DNA of 32,000 nt from Amoeboradix gromovi X-113 (lineage: Eukaryota; Fungi; Sanchytriomycota): the NCBI GenBank assembly GCA_018985225.1, contig JADGIF010000018.1:7464-39463 (forward strand). Direction: 5' to 3'. The position numbers and the translations under genes are program-made. Position 1 is the first letter of the stretch; every line of letters starts with the position of its first letter. The notes below the pieces were generated by a model. The model saw only the letters and a program-made list of their open reading frames with translations, did not search any database and was not told the origin of the DNA. This document shows, piece after piece, positions 21,274-30,064 of this stretch.

Positions 21274-21899
21274 CCTGAGCAATATACACTATTAAGGTTA
21301 TTCGTCTTTAAATACTAATAACTAACTCGCGTGATAGCAGGAAATTCACACTTGATTTTATCTGTTCCAATCGATGTTTGTGATTGGTGTTGTAGTTTTC
21401 ATGAAATGAGACGTACTCTAAGAAATGAGCTCATCCAATGTTGGGGACTCTCCGTCTAGTTCCCTCATCAATTTAAAAATGTGTTAAAGAATGTACTTTG
21501 GCCTCAAATTTTTCAAATTAATGAAGTCAGCTTGTTCCTAAGAAATAGCTACAAGTCCTTAATCGCCAAATTCGAAAGGACTTACACGCGCTTGATAAGC
21601 ATTCCGAGACACCGCAGTGCAGTTTGTGTTTTATTCATTCGTAGTGAATAAATCTATAAGTTCATTTGCATAATTACTTATCCATTACAAGACTAGATGG
21701 ATTGCGACAGCTTAACTATGGCCATAGTCACCGTTCCTTCAATAAATTAAATGATCCACGTTTACTCTCTTTAGCCGTAAATTTAACTGAATACTATAGA
21801 TTTATTTGATATTTATCACTATTAAAGTTAGAGGTATCTTCTTTTCTAATTCACGCTCTTACGAATGTTGAACAGTAACTAGTTCACATCACCATTTAT

Positions 21900-22090
21900 T
21901 CTATAGCGTATTAAACAGCGCTTTCTGTAATAGTAATGATCGCGTTCATAGTATAATGTGTCCCAATATTTAACTCTTTTCAGTTTCATCTAATACTAGT
22001 AGAATGCATTATATATTATGTGAACAAAATATCTGCAATAGTTTCTCATAATTCATCAAGTTTATTGTTCATGCGCCTTCGTCTTATGTC
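21900..22090 (-). pseudogene. Possible decayed TnpB/Fanzor fragment
   Basis: RRRRMNNKLDEL*ETIADILFT*Y resembles the TnpB RI.N.VDELH.K.A..L...Y helix, and DHYYYRKR resembles SHY.F+.RL. Weak. Confidence 0.3.
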
Positions 22091-22517
22091 CTGGTAAGGT
22101 GTCTCTTAATTAAATCTCATAAAAGATCTCTACCAGTGATGCACAAATTGTTCTTAGGCCATTCGAAGTGTCTGCAAAATTCATTATTGGTGCTATGAAG
22201 TCAAGTAGTCTCGATAAATGATTTGTTCAACTAGCAGTCGATAACTGTTTAACGACTCTGATATCCGAAATTAATTCTAAGCTTTCTTTTTAGCATGCAA
22301 ATAAGCGTTACCAATTTTTTCGTTTCTTAGGTTTATCGCGTAAATAGTAAAATTAAAATATTAATCATGAGATTTGAAACGTTTTGTATCAAAAATGATA
22401 AGTCATTCTATTTTTGCTTATCTCACATGATCAAATCATGAAAGATACAAACTGTGTCGCTGATAATCAGTTCGACAACAATTAAATTTAAAGTCAAATA
22501 GCGACATAAAAGAGAAA

Positions 22518-23270
22518 CTACTTTACTTGCTGCAGAAGATCGATCTTGGACTGCAGAATTGAAATCATTTCTTCTTCAGACTTATCACCTTTTAGCATTT
22601 TCGTAAACAAGCCCCCTTCGAAATCAACTACATCTCCGCTAGACGGTTGAGGATAAAATACATTGTGCATTAACTTGTAATTTTCAAAGTACCGTTCGTT
22701 TGCAATTTCTCTTAACGCTTTACGTTCTGGAAGCTTGCTCTTGGCTATAAACGATTTTGGAAGCCTAGAATAAGTTGTGTTTGATGGCAAACATGGTAAT
22801 CTGTTGGCTCTTTTGGGCTCGGCTTTTGCATAAGCTGGAATCATTGCCTGCTGCACATGATCCCCAACCGGAAAGTACTGCAATAGTTGCAAATACGAAC
22901 TTTGAGTATTCATGTGATATTTAAATCTTCTCCTGCCTATCGTCGTGATGTTCTCTCCAGGAATTTGGCCCGAAACATTTTCAATAATCTCTACACTTCT
23001 TGATGCATCTAAACTCACTCTTTCTGACCTTTCAATATCTTTCCACTCGTATCCGTCATCTACAAATCCAATTTGTTGTACAATTGTAAGAATAACAGAT
23101 CCTAATGCAGGTTGCTGTAAAACAAATGGTTCGAATGATATGGCGCTCATAGTTCCAGCAGCAGTTAATAAAATTTGGCCTGCTGTCTGTGCTTTTAGTG
23201 GAACTAATGATTCTTGGTATTGTATTCTACCTTTTAGAATCTCATTTTGTTTTAAAGATGGAAGCTGCAT
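22518..23270 (-). CDS. Probable SWI/SNF-RSC subunit Ssr4-like protein
   Basis: C-terminal REIANERYFENYKLMHNVF resembles the Ssr4 motif R-IA..RY..NH..M..IF; DDGYEW and RRRF..., LQLLQY in the N-domain. Recognised from memory only. Confidence 0.5.
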   Translation of the reverse strand: MQLPSLKQNEILKGRIQYQESLVPLKAQTAGQILLTAAGTMSAISFEPFVLQQPALGSVILTIVQQIGFVDDGYEWKDIERSERVSLDASRSVEIIENVSGQIPGENITTIGRRRFKYHMNTQSSYLQLLQYFPVGDHVQQAMIPAYAKAEPKRANRLPCLPSNTTYSRLPKSFIAKSKLPERKALREIANERYFENYKLMHNVFYPQPSSGDVVDFEGGLFTKMLKGDKSEEEMISILQSKIDLLQQVK

Positions 23271-23308
23271 TATTGAATGTTTCAAAAAACACTAAATTTC
23301 TTATAGTT

Positions 23309-23560
23309 TTAAAATCTTTTTATTTCAGTTACAATAAAAGATCGTACATCTTTAGGTATCTTCTCCATTAGTATTGGCAAGCACACATCCATGACTTGCT
23401 GAACTGAGGCTGTTGGTCCCATCTCATCTATTTTGGATTTTATCAAAGTCCTTGCAGTAATTCCAAAATTCTTTTCATCCAACTTTGACTTTGTTTGTTG
23501 TATTAGCAGTTCTCTTCTCTTTGATAAAAATTCATCCAGCTTATTTGAATCATTTAGCAT
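23309..23560 (-). CDS. SUS1: Sus1/ENY2 (SAGA-DUB / TREX-2 subunit)
   Basis: 83-aa helical protein ending QVMDVCLP...EKIPKDVRSFIVTEIKRF, matching the Sus1 pattern. Confidence 0.7.
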   Translation of the reverse strand: MLNDSNKLDEFLSKRRELLIQQTKSKLDEKNFGITARTLIKSKIDEMGPTASVQQVMDVCLPILMEKIPKDVRSFIVTEIKRF

Positions 23561-23615
23561 TGTTTGAAAAATAAAACTGCTATGTTAGAATAGAAGAATT
23601 TATTATAACATCAAT

Positions 23616-24685
23616 CTATATGCCATCTTCCTCTTCACTAGGGTCTTCAAAATGTATGTTCTCATCTTCTATTCTATTTCCAGATTTATCCACAAAAAAC
23701 AAACTCGGTTTTGATGAGGGTCTAGTCCCTATAGATCCTAACTTCTAAATTAATAATGGTTTACCAATTCAGAGAATGCTTTAAGTAGCTCTTCATAGTC
23801 TCCTCTGCTGTGAACTATAAATGATAAAAGTAAGTTGGGGTCTAATTGAGAAATTGGTATTTTATGACTTGGTTTCGAAATATCCAACTGGTATGAAGAA
23901 AACGAATCAAAGCTAATATTATCTATCGGAACTACTTCTTGACAAGTGTGTGGGTCTAAATATATGAGTTTATCTTCCTGAAACCCAACAAAGAAAAGAG
24001 CACTGTTAGGCTTGCCACCGGCTATTCCATTGCACCACGGTAGTTTTAAACATCCCTTTATATGCTCGTAGTTTTCCGCGGGTATGCAATGTAACCCGAG
24101 TCTTAACGGGATTAATATTAAGAGTGGAAATTCGGTAATTTCATGATCATATATGGTGCCATCCGTCGCAACGTATATGCCAAACGGCTTGTCTTTCTCA
24201 TTGTTTACTAGATGTTTGAGTGTCATAGCTATTGTGTGTGTCCCGAACCATTCACCTATTGGTTTTAAACATTCTCTTTGCCCTGTTGCTACAATGTTGT
24301 GAAGCGAAAATTTATTGCCTTGTGTATCCAAGAAGTTGGACATAATGCTTACGTAAACGGGGCTGTCTTGTAATCTCCAATCTCTTCCTAGGAGTAAAGT
24401 GGTCCATGCATTTGCAATGATGCTCTGTCCAACCCTAACCATGCATCCCCATCCTGAATCAGTGGCATAACCGTTTATAATGGGAAAGCCATATCTATAA
24501 GTAAACCAGGGTCGAGTTTTAAGATCACTTAAAAATGCGTTGTCAGCGTAGTGCTGACCTAGAATCCAGTATGAACTTTCTAAGTCGGCGTACTCGGTAA
24601 ACATTTCCTTAACTTGGACCCATCTACGGGAATACATAGTTGCCATTATGTAATCTCTTGTTTTATCCAAAAACGATGATTCCAT
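23616..24685 (-). CDS. ATG4: Cysteine protease Atg4, exons 24685-23765 + 23744-23616 (349 aa)
   Basis: WFTYR..F, TDSGWGCMVR.GQ, GEWFG, IPLRLG, GIAGGKPNSA, YLDPH. A 20-nt intron adds the acidic tail ...HFEDPSEEEDGI*. Confidence 0.95.
23745..23764 (-). other. 20-nt GT-AG intron (ATG4)
   Basis: GTAAACCATTATTAATTTAG; contains the in-frame stop; removal opens 43 further codons. Confidence 0.75.
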
Positions 24686-24850
24686 GAGAATTTGAAAATA
24701 TTAATGTTTCAGTTAAAATTGGAAACTTTCTACGGATGTGCTCTATGAACCATGGGTGTACTTTTTTACAATTATTTTCAACTCCACAAGCATCTTGTTC
24801 TTTTTACGAGACGAGAAGCACTAATTGACGAGAAACCGCTACATTCCTCA

Positions 24851-25180
24851 TTGAAATTCATGATTTTCTCAAAAGTAAATAAATTCCACACGGAGAAGTA
24901 ACCCTTGTAGCTGGCGTCACTGACTTCCTTAGGCGGGATTGAATAGGATGCATATATATTTAGTGTTCTTTACTTGCCGCTAGATTGTCTCTGTCAAATT
25001 CCAGATGACAGCATAAGCAATCGTATCCCTCCAAGTTAGTTTCTTTATATTTCTACACCTTGCACAGGCTTGGCTAGTACACGCTTCATTGCGTTCGACC
25101 CGTTGTATTTTACGTTTCTTTTGACGGTAATTACATTTTTCGACCGGTTCTTAATTTTTGAGCTTGGAAGAGTGTATTCT
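24851..25180 (-). pseudogene. TnpB/Fanzor2-like C-terminal relic with conserved downstream motifs
   Basis: VERNEACTSQACARCRNIK, frameshift, YDCLCCHLEFDRDNLAASK, then CCTATTCAATCCCGCC...TCTCCGTGTGGAAT...AAAATCATGAATTTCAA. Confidence 0.8.
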
Positions 25181-25362
25181 GTATCGCCTTTTGAATAGGT
25201 TTTGGGACTACTGGAACGATAAATTCATGTAATCACAATAAATGATTTATTTAATAAAATTAACGTTTTTCCATTTACCTTAACTTTGTTTTGCGTATTG
25301 AAGAATAATAGGGTGGATACTGAGCGAAAATTTTTGCCTTTTTTTACTCCAGTGAAATTTAT

Positions 25363-25813
25363 GGGACACCAAATATAAAAACTAGACTAACTCGTTTTTA
25401 AAGGAGGTGCACCATACGGAGGAAATGCTATTATTAATAAAATCCCTTCTTCTTTCAAATCAATTCTCTATTATTAATGTCATTTCCCTCTTTAAAATAT
25501 AACAAGACGACCCACTATCTCTTTCAAGTATGCAAGGTCTTTGAGTGTGTAAGCAAAAGGTAATTCTCTTAGACGATACTCTTTATTTGTTCCATTTCTT
25601 TTTCTTCTTAGCACCTTTCGTACAACTTATTTTTGTTTTCAATTTTTATTAATCACTGTTTCTAAGATTTTGATGGATGAAAAGCTTTTATACTAAAATA
25701 ATTTACTTGAACCAGTCAGATTAATTTACTTTAATTTATTATCGGTTAATATACTTGAAATAATGATTCAAACTGTTTCAGAAAGTTAGTCTAGTTTTTA
25801 TATTTGATGTCCC
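25363..25813 (-). mobile_element. MITE-like TIR element copy D (subfamily 2), both TIRs intact
   Basis: GGGACACCAAATATAAAAACTAGACTAACT ... AGTTAGTCTAGTTTTTATATTTGATGTCCC (30 bp, 1 mismatch). Minus strand reads KEYRLR / TFCLHTQRPCILERDSGSSCYILKR. Confidence 0.92.
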
Positions 25814-25954
25814 AAATGTAAATAATAGAAATAAGCGTTGCAAGGTATAACAACACCCTAGTATCTATACTTGTCTCTTTAAATATATTGACGTATTCGA
25901 CATGGAGGACGATACCCAAATCGTAGAAGACGTGATATAAAACCTAAAAATATC

Positions 25955-26375
25955 ATGTCTGTTTTTGAATGTAACTGGAATGTAAATGATGAAGAAAAAT
26001 GCGGAATAATATTTAACAATACTAGAGACTTGTATATGCATTGCAGTGCAGAACATGTAGGTTTCAAAAAGAATGGAAGTCTGTCAAATTGCTGTAAATG
26101 GGATAACTGTAGTTACCGAGTTAAAAAAAGAGACCATTTGACATCACATTTAAAATCTCGTATTACTTCTTTATGTAGATATTGATTATAGAGAATACCA
26201 GTGTAATAATTGCACGAAATTGTTTAAAAGAAATTCTGATCTCAAAAAACATAACCGTCTTATCCATGATTCGAGGAATCCGATTTCTGAACAATCCTCA
26301 ATAGATCCAAATTCAATACTACCATATTTATTGACAGATATACAGACAACTTATTCTCATTTTAGCTACCAATAA
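25955..26375 (+). CDS. PacC/Rim101-like triple C2H2 zinc-finger protein, exons 25955-26159 + 26179-26375 (133 aa)
   Basis: C.W...C...F....LY.H....HVG.K....L...CKWDNC....KKRDHLTSHLKSH + YQCNNCTKLFKRNSDLKKH after removing a 19-nt intron. Confidence 0.85.
26160..26178 (+). other. 19-nt GT-AG intron (PacC-like)
   Basis: GTATTACTTCTTTATGTAG; splicing recreates the Zn-ligand His codon (C|AT) and puts finger 3 in frame. Confidence 0.88.
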
Positions 26376-26429
26376 ACTATTTGATTCGATGTGTTATTTT
26401 TAACTCTATCCATGAAAATCTTATTAACG

Positions 26430-26640
26430 TTTATTTCAAATCGGACCCAACCTCAGAAAATGTCCGCAACTCGAAGTCGGAGGACCTCCTGAAAAGGCAT
26501 GTCAGTCCCATAATAAGCTGTCAAGCCATTTCTCAATATGAAAAATGCACTGGCAATCTCGTTCAAAATAGCTTGGCTGATTAGCGCTTGAGCATATGTC
26601 GCAATATCTCAACGGACAACCATTTTCATTTTCTATCTCT
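26430..26640 (-). pseudogene. Diverged Fanzor relic related to the MITE-borne family
   Basis: LRYCDICSSANQPSYFERD(fs)ASAFFILRNGL aligns with LRKCTFCLDAQRPHVFERDAGSSSFILKRGL. Confidence 0.65.
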
Positions 26641-26847
26641 TAATGTCTGTAATGTTCTTTCTAGTACTTGGTTATCATTTTTTTGCTATTTTGCAATGGG
26701 TTTTTTGTGTTTTCTTCGTATTTTTCTTGTGTGGGGTATGCTGAATCAATGATAATGATGAATCTAGTTAATTTCTAGGTGTTCCTGCCTCTTTGAAATC
26801 AGGACATTTTTTCAGAATGGGTCTCATATATCCAGCAAACATAGGAG

Positions 26848-27703
26848 ATGAATCTAGCATCAACCAACGATGACGCTACGAATTGCAGGTGCTCTTGCCA
26901 TTTAAAACGATATATAAATGACCCATACGTAGAATGGTTTTCAACTTATCAGTCAAAATCGCCTTTGATTAATCGTGGTACATACTTTAGAACTCAAGCA
27001 ATTGATGAAATTGTTAGAGAATTTTTGAAAACACACCCAAAGGGTCAAATACTATCTCTTGGTGCTGGATTCGACACTAGATTTTTTAGAATGCAATTAA
27101 GTTGCAAATATGTGGAGATTGACAAGGATGAAGTCATTTTAGAAAAGTTAAACAAATTAAGAAAGCATTTGAAAAAGTTGAAGATTCTCAACTGTAGCCT
27201 AAAACCCTCAGGATTAGTTAGCGACTCGTTAGAAATAAGGCATCACGATGTACTAGGCATCAATTCAGAGAATATTGATGAATTAATTGATTTTAAAAAC
27301 CCAACACTTGTAATAGCCGAATGCATATTCGTATATCTAGATCCAGATAGGGTAGACATTCTGATAAAGTTATTGTCGGAGAGAAATGCCAGTATCGTTG
27401 TATATGATCCACTTGACACGGATGACAACTTTTCCCACCAAATGAAAACAAATTTAAGGGCAATTAAATCTAATATAGCTAAGAAATGTAAACCTGGTAG
27501 GGCTTGATAAATACAAGTCACTTAAAGACCATGTTCGGCGATACGAAAACTTCAATTATCGAGTTAAAGCTTGGAAAATGGGAGATATTCCTGTTATCCC
27601 CGAAGAGGAATTGATCAGAATCAGAAAGATAGAGGTTTTTGACGAATATGAAGAATGGAATTTATTCCAGGAGCATTATCATATATTGCATGCCATAAAA
27701 TAA
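26848..27703 (+). CDS. PPM1: Leucine carboxyl methyltransferase, exons 26848-27459 + 27479-27703 (278 aa)
   Basis: TNDDA, YINDPY, KSPLINRGTY.R, QILSLGAGFDTRFF, PTLVIAECIFVY; exon 2 gives IEVFDEYEEW.LFQEHY. Confidence 0.9.
27460..27478 (+). other. 19-nt GC-AG intron (PPM1)
   Basis: AAGG|GCAATTAAATCTAATATAG; phase 0; restores the conserved LCMT C-terminus. Confidence 0.8.
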
Positions 27704-27859
27704 ATTAAACACGGAATCTCAAATTGCTTGGGAAGACATACCCTATAAGTTAATTCAATTTCTGTCGATATAATTATCACCCGATCCATTTGCGGACTGG
27801 CTTACCCTTTTATTGTTTCCTAGTAGACATTCCAAGGGAAGGTTTGTTTATTGTCTTAA

Positions 27860-28000
27860 AGCATTTGAAATTGGCATGGACCGACTATATTAGCATCCTT
27901 GAAATATTTCGAGAAATTGGCGTATGTGCCTACTTGGTGTCTTTTTTTCCATGTTATTTGTTGGTCTTACGATGATTTGATACTTACTTGTTCTCATAAT
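27860..28000 (-). pseudogene. Possible decayed TnpB/Fanzor fragment
   Basis: SKYQIIVRP and PISRNISRMLI*SVHANFK resemble YD.I.LP and LS.K.AR.M...SHY.FK. Weak. Confidence 0.3.
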
Positions 28001-28251
28001 ACAGTTAACAGAGGATAGCTACAGAATCCAGTTGAATAAACCGTTTATAGCGATAACATGACTTTTATTGCACCAATGATTTATTTTGCAGATACTTCCA
28101 GTACCATAAAAACTCGGTGTTTTTTCTTTCCACTAGTTGAGGCAGGTCTCGAGATCCTGAATATTTCAAAGCTAAAGACACCGCTAATAGATGCAGAAAA
28201 TACTGTTTTACCTTCCAAAACTGGTCTAAAATAAAGTTACCTTCCAAAGAC

Positions 28252-28520
28252 ATGGTAAAGACATTGTCGGAATATAGTAAAGCATTTATCAATCAAACGT
28301 GTAACAAAGTGTTTAATTTAAAAGATTATTGCATAAGACATACATACACAAGTTGTCATTACGAAGTAGATGGAGACCATATGGCAGCAAGGAAAATACT
28401 CTTGAGGTATAAGCATCTCTATTCAATGACGCCCCAGAGTAGCGTGAGCAAACACTACAAAGAAGCAACTCGCTTTATCAGGTTCTCTATGGAAAATCTT
28501 GAATTTCTCATAAATCAGGA
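28252..28520 (+). pseudogene. TnpB/Fanzor2-like C-terminal relic with conserved downstream motifs
   Basis: SKAFINQTCNKV...TSCHYEVDGDHMAARKILLRY, then CTATTCAATGACGCC, AGCGTGAGC, TTCTCTATGGAAA, AAATCAGGA. Confidence 0.8.
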
Positions 28521-28615
28521 GAAATTTACAGATACAAACCTTCTTCATTATCTTTAAAAAGCACAAGCTCGCTACACAAATTAGTCACATTCTGCTTGTG
28601 TAAGAAGTGATACTT

Positions 28616-29067
28616 GGGACACCAAATATAAAACTAGACTAACTGGTTTTTAAAGGAGGTGCTCCATACGGAGGATATCATTAATTAAAGATCTTCTTCT
28701 GTTATACCAAGATTCTCTCATTAATTGTATTCGTCTTTTTAAAATAAAACTAGAAGACCCTGCATCTCGTTCAAATACATGAGGTCTTTGAGCATCTAAG
28801 CAAAAGGTGCATTTTCTTAGACGGTGCTCTTTTCTAGAGTCATCTTGTAATGTTATACTAGCATCATTACTCTTATCTATTCTAGTTGAAATAAAGATTG
28901 GATGAAAGAGTAAGAGAATGGCTGTACAGAATATTTATTTTCCTTTTATACTCGCCAACTCCGCAACTAGCTGAATGTCCACTCGCCTCTTAAATCCATA
29001 AAATTAATAAAGCTGAAATAATGTTCCAAGTTGCTACAGAAAGTTAGTCCAGTTTTTATATTTGATG
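28616..29067 (-). mobile_element. MITE-like TIR element copy E (subfamily 1), last bases of one TIR missing
   Basis: Closely matches copies A and C, including the CTFCLDAQRPHVFERDAGSSSFILK frame. Confidence 0.9.
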
Positions 29068-29141
29068 CATCATCTGTTAAAGAATCCAAATAAAATATAA
29101 CTGATATTTACAAAAATTTTGATCTAGCTACTTCTGTATTG

Positions 29142-29444
29142 ATGTCAAATTTGTTTTGGATGAAACAATCAATTCTCTCTGGTGTCTTGGCTAGTCTGGC
29201 ATCTGTATCAGCAAAGCAGGGAAACGTTCTTGGGTGTGTTTTTTTAAACATTCTAATGTGGTATGTATATAAGTACGCTCTTATGGAATATAATAGTGTA
29301 AGAGTTCAGAGTATAAACATGACTGCTCAAATAATTTGCAGTTGTATTTTTGGATATTTGGTTTTTGGAGAATCTTTAACATCTAATAATTTGATTCAAA
29401 TACTATTAATGATTGCCGGCGTTTTCATTCTGGATAATAAATAA
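29142..29444 (+). CDS. Small DMT/EamA-type membrane protein, TMEM42-like
   Basis: SGVLASLASVSAK, NILMW..Y..AL, IN...QI..S...GYLVFGE. Confidence 0.7.
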   Translation: MSNLFWMKQSILSGVLASLASVSAKQGNVLGCVFLNILMWYVYKYALMEYNSVRVQSINMTAQIICSCIFGYLVFGESLTSNNLIQILLMIAGVFILDNK

Positions 29445-29639
29445 GCTGACTTCACAATGGGAAACTGCTTTATGTTCTTTTGGACACACTCGTTACTTGT
29501 CAATTTGTGAGGCATATTAACAAAAAGTGTCATATAATTTAGCATGGTCTACGATGCACTGGAGTGCAATTGTATCGCGCATATCCTGATGGTGTCTGAG
29601 AATGGTCACTTAAAATCTCAGTGTGAACATTGTTGCGCT

Positions 29640-30048
29640 GCAGCTGATGACGAGAACAATCTGCTCTTCAAATAGAGGAAGCTTTGCGCAGCATGTAACA
29701 ATGTGCACAGCATGTAAAACAAGAAAGAAAGTTGAAGCAACAGTAATTTCGGGTTCGCATAGTGCACATCTATCTTAACATTTATTCAAACCTGTCACTT
29801 TCTTAGTTAGAAGTAACACTGCGTAATTAATCTAGAATATATTTCAACGTGTTGAAGGTGATTTATAGCATACTAGCAATAGAGGATCATGCTCAAAGAT
29901 TCAGATTATAACCTTTGAGCCAGTTAGGTACACAAACATAAGTGTATACTCACAGAGCTATCTTAATGAGCAGTGCTATGTTATTGAGACATTTTTGTAA
30001 ACCATCGTGCAGTTTAGTGTTCATACAGTCGTAAATCAGGACTTTTAA
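29640..30048 (+). pseudogene. Possible decayed TnpB/Fanzor2 relic
   Basis: IEEA / TMCTACKTRKKV fragment and an exact 16-bp AAATCAGGACTTTTAA (30033-30048) shared with 16029-16044. Confidence 0.35.
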
Positions 30049-30064
30049 TGAAGAGAAATTGAAT

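Noticed and set aside
24890-24950. tRNA or snRNA in this GC-richer patch
   Set aside because: No cloverleaf, TTC arm or Sm site; it is explained as the downstream motif block of the Fanzor relic.
25902-25955. Upstream exon for the PacC-like gene from ATG 25902
   Set aside because: No AG acceptor gives an in-frame join.
26795-26811. AAATCAGGACATTTT as another family-2 end motif
   Set aside because: Only a 10-bp match, without the accompanying upstream motifs.
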